Below, in pieces: positions 1 through 9,225 of a DNA stretch of 64,000 bases. A program made the translations under genes and the position numbers. Positions within the stretch are counted from its first letter, which is position 1. Each line of letters opens with the position of its first letter. The notes beneath the pieces are model-generated. The model was not told the DNA's origin. It did no database searches and saw only the letters and a program-made list of their open reading frames with translations. This DNA comes from an uncultured Acidobacteriota bacterium (GTDB lineage: Bacteria; Acidobacteriota; Thermoanaerobaculia; Multivoradales; UBA5704): the NCBI GenBank assembly GCA_963770895.1, contig CAVYRF010000002.1, forward strand, positions 2,272,001 to 2,336,000, read 5' to 3'.

Positions 1-1
1 G

Positions 2-643
2 ATCGCCCGCCACCTGCTGCCGGACTTCCGCGGGCATACCGACTACCTGGCCGAAACCTGCGGCTTGGAGCGCTACGGCCGGGACTACCTGATGGCGTTC
101 CTGGCCCCTGACCTGCAGGTCGCGCTGCTCACCGTCCACCTGCCGATGACGCGCGCCCTGGCGGCGATCGAACCGCGGGCGCTCGACGACGCGCTGGCCT
201 GCCTGGACCGCCACGCCGGCGGCCGCATCGCGCTGGCGGGGCTCAATCCGCACGCCGGGGAAGGGGGCCTGCTCGGCCATGAGGACCTGCGGCTGCTGGC
301 GCCGGCGGTCGATCGCGCGCGGCGGCGGGGCGCCGACGTGCGCGGGCCCGAAAGCGCCGACTCGCTGTTTGCGCGCGCCCGCCGCGGCGAATTCGACTGG
401 GTGCTGGCGCTGTATCACGACCAGGGGCTGATCGCGGTCAAGACCGCCGCCTTCGGCCAGGCCACCAACTGGACGCTGGGGCTGCCCTTCCTGCGCACCT
501 CGGTCGATCACGGCACCGCCTTCCACCTGGCGGGCCGCGGCCTGGCGGATGCCGCGCCGCTGGCCGCGGTGGTCGAAACCACCCTGCGCCTGGCGGCGGG
601 CGAGCTGCCGCGGCGGTCCGCGGCGCCAGCCTCAGGCCACTAG
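2..643 (+). CDS. pdxA: 4-hydroxythreonine-4-phosphate dehydrogenase PdxA (5' truncated by window edge)
   Basis: Frame open from base 2 (FRGHTDYLA); motifs GLNPHAGEGG, YHDQGLI, TLGLPFLRTSVDHGTAF. Confidence 0.93.
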   Translation: MARHLLPDFRGHTDYLAETCGLERYGRDYLMAFLAPDLQVALLTVHLPMTRALAAIEPRALDDALACLDRHAGGRIALAGLNPHAGEGGLLGHEDLRLLAPAVDRARRRGADVRGPESADSLFARARRGEFDWVLALYHDQGLIAVKTAAFGQATNWTLGLPFLRTSVDHGTAFHLAGRGLADAAPLAAVVETTLRLAAGELPRRSAAPASGH

Positions 644-741
644 ACCACCAAGGCGCGGCTGAGCCGCATGGGCGCAGCGCCGATCGGCGCCGGCAGCCAG
701 GTGTGCCGCGTCGGGTCCAGCGGATTTTGGGGTTTGGGCCG

Positions 742-2196
742 CTACGAGGCGCCGCGGCCGGATAGCACGGCGGGGATGGTGCGCAGCAGGATCTTCAGGT
801 CGAGCATGGGCGACCACGAATCGATGTATTCCAGGTCCAGCTGCATCCATTGGTCGAAGTCGATCTGGTTGCGGCCGCTGACCTGCCAGAGGCAGGTGAG
901 GCCGGGCTTCATCGACAGCCGGCGCCGCTGCCAGCGCTGGTAGCGGGCGACCTCTTCGGGGATGGGCGGGCGCGGGCCGACCAGGCTCATGTCGCCGCGC
1001 AGGACGTTCCAGAACTGCGGCAGCTCGTCGAGGCTGAAGCGGCGCAGGAAGCGCCCCAGGGAGGTGACGCGCGGGTCGCTGCGCAGCTTGAACACCGGAC
1101 CGTTCATCTCGTTGAGGTGCTCCAGCTCGCGGCGGCGCTGCTCGGCGTCTTCGACCATGGTGCGGAACTTGTAAAGGGTGAAGATCCGGCCGTTCAGGCC
1201 GCAGCGCGTCTGGCGGAAGAACACGTCGCCGTGGGACGTGATCTTGATCAGCAGGGCGATCGTCGCCACCACCGGCAGCCCGAGCATCAGCAGCAGCAGC
1301 GACAGCGCCACGTCCAGCAAGCGTTTGGCCATGAGCGGCAGCGGGCTGGTCGGGCCGGTGGCGAACGACAGCAGCGGCATGCCGTCCAGCTCTTCGAGCT
1401 GGGCGCGCGCCTGGGTGTGCGGAAAGAGATTGACCGCGAAGCGCGTGCGAATGCCCTGCTCCTGCAGGCTGAGGTAGAGATCTTCCAGGCGATCGAGGTC
1501 GCGGCGGCTGACGGCGAAGATCACGTCGTCGATGACGTTGCGTTCGATGATGGCCGGCATCTCGGCCAGCTCGCCCAGGATCGGATAGCGGCCGGGCCAC
1601 GGCTGGTCGGGGGGATGGTCGTTGATGACGAACCCCAGGATCCGGTATCCCCAGAAGCGGTGGCCGTGGATCGATTCGGCGATGCGCAGCGCCGCCGGGT
1701 TGGTGCCGACGATGAGCACGGTGCGGTAGTTGAAGCCGCGCGAGCGCAGGTAGCGCGAGCTGATGCGCAGGAAGAGCTTTTCGCACAGCAGCAGGAGCGC
1801 CGAAAAGATCCCGAACAGCAGCACCCACGAACGGCTGATCTGGTCCTTGCCCAGCAGCCGCACGTCGAGGCGAAAAATGTACAAGGCCAGGGTGAAGACG
1901 ATCGAGCCGGCGGTGCAGACGCGCACGATCGCCCAGGCTTCGTCGAGCAGCGGCACCGTGCGGTGCGAGCGGTAGCGTCCCGACGCCAGCAGCAGGGCGC
2001 CCCAGATCGCGAGCGCCAGGGGCAGCAGCGGCAGGTAGACGGACAGCGCGTAGAAAGGCGCGCCGAAGGCCTGCGGCGCCACCCGCGGCAGGATGGCGCT
2101 GCGCAGCGAAAACGCCAGCAGGAAGGCGATTGCGACGAGCGAAAGATCCAGCAGAAAGATCGAAGCCGCCAGGATTCGGGCGCGTTCCTTCAGCAT
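742..2196 (-). CDS. Priming polyprenyl-phosphate sugar phosphotransferase (WcaJ/WbaP family)
   Basis: N-terminal TM helices, Rossmann-like middle, C-terminal KRLLD...YKFRTM...DPRVT...LDELPQFWNVLRGDMSLVGPRP...KPGLT. Confidence 0.93.
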   Translation of the reverse strand: MLKERARILAASIFLLDLSLVAIAFLLAFSLRSAILPRVAPQAFGAPFYALSVYLPLLPLALAIWGALLLASGRYRSHRTVPLLDEAWAIVRVCTAGSIVFTLALYIFRLDVRLLGKDQISRSWVLLFGIFSALLLLCEKLFLRISSRYLRSRGFNYRTVLIVGTNPAALRIAESIHGHRFWGYRILGFVINDHPPDQPWPGRYPILGELAEMPAIIERNVIDDVIFAVSRRDLDRLEDLYLSLQEQGIRTRFAVNLFPHTQARAQLEELDGMPLLSFATGPTSPLPLMAKRLLDVALSLLLLMLGLPVVATIALLIKITSHGDVFFRQTRCGLNGRIFTLYKFRTMVEDAEQRRRELEHLNEMNGPVFKLRSDPRVTSLGRFLRRFSLDELPQFWNVLRGDMSLVGPRPPIPEEVARYQRWQRRRLSMKPGLTCLWQVSGRNQIDFDQWMQLDLEYIDSWSPMLDLKILLRTIPAVLSGRGAS

Positions 2197-2404
2197 GGAT
2201 TCGGCATCAAGTCCTTTGTGGATCGTCCTTGAAAGAGGCTACGTATTGTAACGCGCGCCGGGCGCCTCACGTCTAGCGGCTTCTTGGAGGGAGGACTTCC
2301 AGGGCTTGCCGCTCAGCAAGGACTGCAATTCCTGTGCTCGCGCCCGGCGGGCGGTTGGTTGGAAACGGGCAGCTGGCGGGGCTGCTGTGGCTGGCTGCTG
2401 GCGG

Positions 2405-3595
2405 CTAGCGGCGGGCGATCAGCGATGCCAGCAGCGCGGCATAGTGATCGGCGACCTGGCCCCAGGAGTAGCGGCGGGCGGCGCGGCGGGCCGCGACGCG
2501 GCCGGCGCGCCAGGCGCGGGTGGGGCGGCTGCGGATGGCCTCCAGGCGCCTGGCCAGGCTGGCGGGCTCGGCGGCGCGGAAGTAGAGGCCCGCGGTGCCG
2601 GCGACTTCGCGGTTTTCGGGGGTGTCGTTGACCACCACGCAGTTACCGTAACCCATCGCTTCCACCAGCGCCGGGTGGGTGCCGCCAACCTCGGTGGCAT
2701 GGATGTACGCCAGGGCGTTGGACAGCAGCTCGCGGTACTCCTCGCCGTAGATGGCGCCGGGGAAGAGGATGCGCGGGTCGGCGCCGCGGGTGAAGCCGGC
2801 GATGAAGTCGCCGGCGTAGGGTGCGCTGCCGACCATCACCAGGGGCAGGTCGCCGCGCACGGCGCGGTAGGCGGCCGCCACCTGGTGGGGGTTGTTTTCG
2901 GGCTCGAAGCGGCTGACGTAGAGGAAGTAGCGCCGCGGCGTGAGCCCCAGGCGGGCAAGGACCCCTTCGGTCGCCGGGGGCCGCGGGTCGACGCCGTAGG
3001 TGATCACCCAGGATTCGGCGCCGTAGCGCGCCAGGTAGTGCTCGCGGATGACCTGGGCGTCGGTGACCAGGGCGTCCGGCCAGACGCAGGCCAGCCGTTC
3101 GGACAGCGCGTAGACGGCGCGGCCGAAGCGCCCCCACTTGCGGCGGCGGCGCTCGATGCCGTCGACGTGCAGCGCGGTCGGGATGCCGGCGGCGGACAGC
3201 AGCGGCAGGAACAGCGCATTGGCGGAGTTGACCACCAGCGCGGCGTCGAAGCCGCGGGCGCCGGCGTGCAGGCAGGACAGCAAGGTGTGGACGGGAGTGT
3301 CCAGGTGCTTGGTGCGCAGCGTCGGCAGCACCACCAGGTCGACGCCGCGGTAGCTTTTCAGGTGCCAGGGCGTCGAGTGCGACCGGCAGTACACCGTCAC
3401 CTGGAAACCGCGTTCCAGGAGCCGCACCGACAGTTCCTCCATCAGGGTTTCGTAACCGCCGTAGCGGCCCGGAATGCCGCGGCTGCCCAGCAGCGCGACG
3501 CGCGGCCGGTGCGGCGGGCTTGCGACGGCCACGGCGGCGTGGGCGGCGCCGTCGGTGAGGGCTTCGCCGAGCCTGCCTGGCGTGCTGCCGCTCAC
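2405..3595 (-). CDS. GT4 glycosyltransferase (DUF1972-type N-terminus)
   Basis: GSRGIPGRYGGYET, VDGIE, SRFEPENN, EVGGTHPALVEAM. Confidence 0.88.
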   Translation of the reverse strand: MSGSTPGRLGEALTDGAAHAAVAVASPPHRPRVALLGSRGIPGRYGGYETLMEELSVRLLERGFQVTVYCRSHSTPWHLKSYRGVDLVVLPTLRTKHLDTPVHTLLSCLHAGARGFDAALVVNSANALFLPLLSAAGIPTALHVDGIERRRRKWGRFGRAVYALSERLACVWPDALVTDAQVIREHYLARYGAESWVITYGVDPRPPATEGVLARLGLTPRRYFLYVSRFEPENNPHQVAAAYRAVRGDLPLVMVGSAPYAGDFIAGFTRGADPRILFPGAIYGEEYRELLSNALAYIHATEVGGTHPALVEAMGYGNCVVVNDTPENREVAGTAGLYFRAAEPASLARRLEAIRSRPTRAWRAGRVAARRAARRYSWGQVADHYAALLASLIARR

Positions 3596-4602
3596 AGGGG
3601 AGCTCCGGGGCGGCCGAACCAGGCGTCCAGTTCGGCCGCGGGAAGGGTGCGGCGGCCCTGGATGGAGCGGCGGCGGGCCAGCAGCTCACGGCGATGGCGC
3701 AGCAGCCAGCCGTAGGCGGGCAGCGAGGTGCGTTCGCGCAGCAGCACGTACAGCAGCGCCGCCACGTCGCGGGCGAGCGTCGGCACCAGGGTGCGCGCCA
3801 GGTTGCGGCCGGTCTGGTGGTAGATGCGCAGCAGGTAGCGGTTTTTCAGCGAATGGAGATTGACCGCCGGCGGCATCGCGGCGCGCCGCTCCGGCAGGTT
3901 GAAGCGCCGGTGCTCGGCGAGCGCCGCGGGCTCGTAGAGGATGTCCCAGGCGCGTTCGCGCAGGCGGAAGCAGAGCTCGGCGTCCTCGCGGAAGGAGTGG
4001 AAGCGGGGGTCGAACACCTCGCCGTCGATGGCCGCGTCGTCCAGCGCCGCGCGCCGGAACAGCGACGCGGCGCCGGTCGCCCCGAACACCCGGTCGGCAA
4101 GCGCCCACTGGCCGGTGTCCACTTCGCCGGAACCGCGGTCCAGGTGGCGCCAGGTCGCGGTCAGCCGCATGCCGCATGCGTCCAGGCGCGGCGCCTGGCC
4201 GCCGGCAGCCGGGCGGAGCAGCCTGCCGGTGACCGCCGCGACGCGCAGCGCCGGGTGGGCCTCCATGCGGGCGAGCAGCCGATCCAGGTAGTCGGGGTGC
4301 GGCCGGGCATCGGCGTTCAGGCTGAGGAGGAACGGCGCGCGGGTGGCGGCGATGGCGGCATTCATGCCGGCGGCAAAGCCGATGTTGGTCGCGTGGCCCT
4401 GCGCGACCAAAGGAATACCGGCGGGCGCCGCGCGCCGCGCCACCGCCAGGCTGTCGTCGGCGCTGGCCGAATCGATCACCGCGATCTCGCTGGGCCGGTG
4501 GTTGAGAGCGGCGATCGCCTCCATGCAGCCGGGCAGGTCGGCCGCGGCGTTGTGCGTCACCAGGCACACCGCCACCGCGCGCTCCGGCACCGGCGCGCTC
4601 AC
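3592..4602 (-). CDS. GT2 family glycosyltransferase
   Basis: GTG start overlapping the upstream TGA (4599-4602); VIDSASAD, NIGFAAGMN, LNAD, FREDAELCFR. Confidence 0.85.
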   Translation of the reverse strand: MSAPVPERAVAVCLVTHNAAADLPGCMEAIAALNHRPSEIAVIDSASADDSLAVARRAAPAGIPLVAQGHATNIGFAAGMNAAIAATRAPFLLSLNADARPHPDYLDRLLARMEAHPALRVAAVTGRLLRPAAGGQAPRLDACGMRLTATWRHLDRGSGEVDTGQWALADRVFGATGAASLFRRAALDDAAIDGEVFDPRFHSFREDAELCFRLRERAWDILYEPAALAEHRRFNLPERRAAMPPAVNLHSLKNRYLLRIYHQTGRNLARTLVPTLARDVAALLYVLLRERTSLPAYGWLLRHRRELLARRRSIQGRRTLPAAELDAWFGRPGAPL

Positions 4603-5735
4603 CGATTTCTCCTTGACGCTGCCGGCCGGACAGGTTCTGGCTGAGCGGTTGGTATGGCAGAGGGGCTTGCTGGAAGAGAGGGGCTGGTCGGGAGCGTCGG
4701 GCTGACCAGCGCGGCCAGGTGGCGAGGGCGCCGCCAGGCGGTGAGCGCTCCGGCGAGGGCCAGCAAGAGGCCGGCTACGGCGTCGCGCCGCGAAGTGGCG
4801 CGGCGCGGGCAGCGTACCGCGACGAGCGGCAGGCGCAGGGTCAGGCCGGCGGCGAGCGTGCCGCGCGCGGCCAGGGCCCAGGCGGCGCCGTGATGCTTGC
4901 GCAGGTAGCGATCGAGGTTGCGGTAGTAGATCCACAGGAAGGGACCGTAGCCCAGCCTGGCGACGGTGCCGCCCAAGCCGTGGCGAAAGCGCGCCGCCGG
5001 CCAGTAGAGCAGGGTCGCGCCGCGCTGGCGCAGGCGCCGCGCCAGGTCCACGTCTTCGAACCACGCGGGATGGAAGCGTTGGTCCATGCCGCCGGCCGCG
5101 AGCAGCTCGGCGCGGCGCAGGCCGAGCGCCGCCGCCGCCGGCTGCTCGACCGGCGCGCCGGCCGGGGGCTCGGCGGCGAGGCCGGCGGTCGGGCCGAGCC
5201 AGGGCAAGGTCTGCATCAGGCAGCCGAACGCGGTGGGGATGCGGCGCAGCTGCCAGCGGAATTGCGCTTCGCCGTGTGGTCCGCACAGGCCGGGCGCCAG
5301 GCCGGCCGCTTCCGGATGGGCGGCAAATCCTTCGATCAGGTGATCGAGCGCCGCCGGTTCGGGCAGCACGTCGGGATTGAGCAGCAGCACCAGCGGCGCC
5401 CGCGCCGCCGTCGCGCCGGCGTTCACGCCGCCCGCAAAGCCCAGATTGCGGCCGGGCCGCAGCCAGCGCACGCGGGAACTGGCCCCGAGGGGTGCGGTGC
5501 CGGCGGGGCCGCTGTTGTCCACCACGATCAGCTCGAAACGGGGGTCGTCGGCCGGCCAGGCGGCGATCAGCTCGGCCAGCTGCGGCTCGTTGCGCCAATG
5601 CACCACGACGCCGGTCAGCGCCGGCTGAACCGGCTGCGTGCCGTCGTCCAGCGGGATGCCTTCGCCGGGAGTGCCGGCGTCGACGGCGCCGGCAGCCGGC
5701 GGCGGCGAATCGGCTGGGGTGGGTGGTGCGGGCAT
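4599..5735 (-). CDS. GT2 family glycosyltransferase
   Basis: VVDNS, NLGFAGGVN, LLNPD, WFEDVDL; start uncertain (5735 or 5786). Confidence 0.85.
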   Translation of the reverse strand: MPAPPTPADSPPPAAGAVDAGTPGEGIPLDDGTQPVQPALTGVVVHWRNEPQLAELIAAWPADDPRFELIVVDNSGPAGTAPLGASSRVRWLRPGRNLGFAGGVNAGATAARAPLVLLLNPDVLPEPAALDHLIEGFAAHPEAAGLAPGLCGPHGEAQFRWQLRRIPTAFGCLMQTLPWLGPTAGLAAEPPAGAPVEQPAAAALGLRRAELLAAGGMDQRFHPAWFEDVDLARRLRQRGATLLYWPAARFRHGLGGTVARLGYGPFLWIYYRNLDRYLRKHHGAAWALAARGTLAAGLTLRLPLVAVRCPRRATSRRDAVAGLLLALAGALTAWRRPRHLAALVSPTLPTSPSLPASPSAIPTAQPEPVRPAASRRNR

Positions 5736-5748
5736 GGGCGGGCCAAGG

Positions 5749-6795
5749 TTATCCCGATTGGCCGCGCCACCGGCTGAGGCGGGCAATTTCGGCGGCGGGA
5801 AGCGCCGCGCGCCCGAGGTGAGTAAAGCCAGGCAGCAGCCACAGCGCCCGCCGCCAGCCCGCCGTCATCCCGGCAAGCCGCTCCCAGTCGACGCCGGCGT
5901 CAAGTTCGGGGTGCCGCGGGTCGTGACGGGTAACGGTGCGCTTGGGCCACAGGAGGCCGCGGAGGTCGAGCAGGTCGCGTGCGACCAGGATGGGCAGGCG
6001 GAGCCAGAAGCCGCGGCCCAGCAGGCGGGCGGCGGCCAGGTAGCGGTTGCCATAGATGAGGCGCCAGCGCTCGCGGCCGATGGTGCGGCCGGACGTCGAA
6101 CCGGCGTGCAACGCCAGGGCCGCCGGCGCCAGCTGGGCGCGAAAGCCGGCGGCGCGCAGGCGGCCGGCAAGCTCGGCGTCCTCGTAGTAGGAGACCAGGC
6201 GCGGCTCGAAAAACCTGCCGTCCGGCGCCACCCGCTCCAGGGCGGTGCGGCGAAACAGTGCGGCGGTGGCCGAAACGCCGAAGATCTCGATGGCGGCCGG
6301 CGTCGGCGCTGGCCGCAGCGGGCCGGCGGCTTCGCCGTGGCGCAGCTGGATTGCCTGCCACCATGGGTTCCAGCCCAGGCCGCAGCCGTCGACGCGCGCG
6401 GCGGACGTTGCGCTGTCCGTGTGGCCGGCCGGCACGGGCATGAGGAGGTTGGTGCCTTGCGCGGCGGCGGTGGCGGGATCGGCTGCGAGCGTTGCGGCCA
6501 GGGTGGACAGCCAGTCTGGCGCGACGATGGCGTCGTCGTTGACGGTGGCGAGCAGGGTGCCGCGGGCGGCGGCCAGGCCCAGGTTGGTGCCTGCGGCGAA
6601 GCCCAGGTTGCGGCCGGGGCGCAGGATGCGATCGGCGAGGCCGGCGGGGAGGTCGATGGGGGTGGGCGACTGATCCACCACGATGATCTCCAGCGATTGC
6701 AGGCCCTGCTGGTGGCGCAAGGCGGTCAGGCAGTCGGCGAGCCAGGGGCTGCGGCCCAAGGTGGGGACGACGGCGGTGACCAGCGGCGGGCTCAT
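5749..6795 (-). CDS. GT2 family glycosyltransferase
   Basis: ATGA coupling at 6792-6795; VVDQS, NLGFAAGTN, VNDD, YYEDAEL. Confidence 0.85.
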   Translation of the reverse strand: MSPPLVTAVVPTLGRSPWLADCLTALRHQQGLQSLEIIVVDQSPTPIDLPAGLADRILRPGRNLGFAAGTNLGLAAARGTLLATVNDDAIVAPDWLSTLAATLAADPATAAAQGTNLLMPVPAGHTDSATSAARVDGCGLGWNPWWQAIQLRHGEAAGPLRPAPTPAAIEIFGVSATAALFRRTALERVAPDGRFFEPRLVSYYEDAELAGRLRAAGFRAQLAPAALALHAGSTSGRTIGRERWRLIYGNRYLAAARLLGRGFWLRLPILVARDLLDLRGLLWPKRTVTRHDPRHPELDAGVDWERLAGMTAGWRRALWLLPGFTHLGRAALPAAEIARLSRWRGQSG

Positions 6796-9173
6796 TGCCA
6801 GGTCAGATCGATGCGGTCCAGCACGGCGCCGTTGAGCGGTCCCGGCGGCGACGGGCCGTGGGCGGTGAGGACCAGGGGCGGGTCTCCGGGGGGCCAGTCG
6901 AAAGGACCGAGGTCGACGGCCTGCCAGGCGCGCTCGCGGGCGGGGGTCCACACGGCCAGGAGGCGGTCGCCGGCGGCGATGTCGACGGCGAAGGGCGCCG
7001 GCTGGTTGCGGATCAGCTCGGCCGTGAGGGTCAGCCGCACCTGGCGGCCGCCGGGCACGACCGGCGCCCGCACCTGGTCTGCCACCCGCAGCACCCAGCC
7101 GCCGCGGTAGAGCGTGCGTTCGATGACCCAGCGATCGGGATGGAGATGGCCGCCGAGCTTGACCACCTGGGGGTCTTCCATCTCGATCACCCGCGTCGGC
7201 AGGTGGGTGGCGGCGATGGGCACCGCCGCCGCCGCCGCCGCCGCCACGGCGATGCCGGCGAGGCCGGCCGCGGCCAGCAGCCAGGGGCGCCATCGCCGTG
7301 GCGTCGGCAGCCACCAGGCGCCCAGCACGACGGCGAGCGACAGCGGCGGCCACAGGGCAGTGGCCAGGCGCGGGCGCACGGCGCTGGGGAACAGGCGGGC
7401 CACGTCGGCGCCCAGGCGGCTGGTCAACTGGTCCATCACGTAGGTGCGGCCGTCGGCGAAGTTGTAGGTCCAGCCGGGCACCACCAGCCAGATCACCGCC
7501 AGGGCAAGGGTCAGCGCTCCCAGCCCGGCGAGCAGCGCGCGGGCTCCCGGCCGGCGCCGCGCGGCCAGCAGGGGCGGCAGCGAGAGCGCCAGCAGCGGCA
7601 GGGCGATCAGCGCATAGCGAAACGGCGGCGACCAGCCGCCGTACCACTCGCCGCGCGGGGTGACGATCAGCAGGTAGGGCGCCATCAGGACGGCCAGGTG
7701 GGCGGGCAGCGCCGCCCGGCGAGCGATGAGCAGCGCCATCGCCGGCAGCACCAGGAGCCAGATCGGCGCCACGCCGAACAGGCCGAAGGCGCCGTCCCAG
7801 AACAGGCCGCCGCCGCCCTCCAGGTAGTCCAGGAGGGAATGGTCCTGCGGGTCGATCTCCTGCCAGCTGTGGATCTTGAGCGGATTCGCGTAGGCGTGCT
7901 GGTTGTACAGCAGAATGCCGCCCGAAAGCGCCAGCAGCAGCGCTCCGAGCGCCAGCGCCCGCCGCCGCCCGCCGCCCTGCCGCAGCGCCAGCCAGCCCGC
8001 CAGTGCCACCAGCGGCGCGGCGATCAGGATGAACCGGATCTTGAGCAGGGGCAGCAGCAGCACCGGAGCCCACACGGCCAGAAAGGCCGGCGCACGGTGC
8101 CAGCTGGATGGATTCTCCGGCGACGATGGAGCTGTTGCCGGCTCCGCGGCCGCGGCGCCGCCGGCCAGGATGGCGTCGAGGGCGATCACGACCAGCAGCG
8201 CCGCCGGCACTTCCACCCAGATCTGGTACGAGTAGAAGAGCATCGGCGGCGCCAGCGCCAGCCATGCCCAGGTCACCAGGGTCTCGCCGGGGCGCTCGGC
8301 GACGTAGTGGCGGGCGAGCCGCAGGGTCCACCAGGCGAGCGCGGCGGTCAGCAACGCCATCATGAGTTGGGCGCCGGTCCTGCCGGCCAGCCGATAGGCG
8401 GGCACCAGCGCCAGCGGCAGCAGGGCGTCGTGGCGCGAATACAGCTCGCCGTGCGGCCCGACCGGGTCTCCCGGCTGGGGCGCGATGGGGCGGTTGATGA
8501 AAAACCGCCAATCGCCGGCCGCATAGTTGTTCCTGAGATCGGTGTCGCCGTCGTAGGCCAGGCTGTGGGTCAGCAGCAGGTTGTAGGGCTCGTCGCCGTC
8601 CGGCTGGCGATGCCCGGCTGACCAGGGCAGGATGGCGACGTAGGCGACCAGCGGCAGCCAGAAAAAGATGGCGGAAGGCCGCGCGCCCAGGCGCCAGCCG
8701 AGCAGCGGCCGCAGCGCCGCGACCTGCCGCGCCAATCGATGCACCAGCACCAGCAGCAGGCAGGCCGCCAGCACGTCGTCGGCGTGCGCCAGGCCCAGCG
8801 CCGGCCGCGCCGCCGCCGCCGCCAGCAGCACCCCCAGGGCGATCAGCTCGGCCGCGCTGCCGCCGACCGCCAGCCGGCGCCCCCCCTGCCGCACCGCCAG
8901 GCGGTGCAGGGCGTAGAACGCCGCCAGCAGCAGGGGGAGCAGGCGCAGCGTGGCGGCCAGCGCGTCGCCCCGTTGCAGGCCGTGCGCCACCGCCGCGCTC
9001 GCCAGGCCGACCAACGCGCCAAGCCAGGCGAGCCCGGCGCCGTTCGCGCCGGCGCCGCCCACGGCGGCATGACCGCCATTGCCGCGCGCGGTCAGGGCCA
9101 TGCCTCCCGGCGGGTGCTCACCGCCTGGCCCCTGCGCGGTGTGCGCCCCGGCCGCGCCGCCCGCGCTCGCCAT
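6792..9173 (-). CDS. Polytopic membrane protein, GT-C-fold glycosyltransferase-like
   Basis: Many TM segments; loop DGDEPYNLLLTHSLAYDGDTDLRNNY with a DE pair after a TM helix; WYGGWSPPFRY; start may be 9100. Confidence 0.6.
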   Translation of the reverse strand: MASAGGAAGAHTAQGPGGEHPPGGMALTARGNGGHAAVGGAGANGAGLAWLGALVGLASAAVAHGLQRGDALAATLRLLPLLLAAFYALHRLAVRQGGRRLAVGGSAAELIALGVLLAAAAARPALGLAHADDVLAACLLLVLVHRLARQVAALRPLLGWRLGARPSAIFFWLPLVAYVAILPWSAGHRQPDGDEPYNLLLTHSLAYDGDTDLRNNYAAGDWRFFINRPIAPQPGDPVGPHGELYSRHDALLPLALVPAYRLAGRTGAQLMMALLTAALAWWTLRLARHYVAERPGETLVTWAWLALAPPMLFYSYQIWVEVPAALLVVIALDAILAGGAAAAEPATAPSSPENPSSWHRAPAFLAVWAPVLLLPLLKIRFILIAAPLVALAGWLALRQGGGRRRALALGALLLALSGGILLYNQHAYANPLKIHSWQEIDPQDHSLLDYLEGGGGLFWDGAFGLFGVAPIWLLVLPAMALLIARRAALPAHLAVLMAPYLLIVTPRGEWYGGWSPPFRYALIALPLLALSLPPLLAARRRPGARALLAGLGALTLALAVIWLVVPGWTYNFADGRTYVMDQLTSRLGADVARLFPSAVRPRLATALWPPLSLAVVLGAWWLPTPRRWRPWLLAAAGLAGIAVAAAAAAAVPIAATHLPTRVIEMEDPQVVKLGGHLHPDRWVIERTLYRGGWVLRVADQVRAPVVPGGRQVRLTLTAELIRNQPAPFAVDIAAGDRLLAVWTPARERAWQAVDLGPFDWPPGDPPLVLTAHGPSPPGPLNGAVLDRIDLTWQ

Positions 9174-9225
9174 GGCAAGCAGCGCCAGGGCCGCGGCGCG
9201 GTCGCGGTCCTGCCTGGTCCGGCGT

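Noticed and set aside
2324-2340. Minus-strand sigma54-like site GAGCAC-N5-TTGCA upstream of the priming transferase
   Set aside because: Lacks the invariant GG at -24
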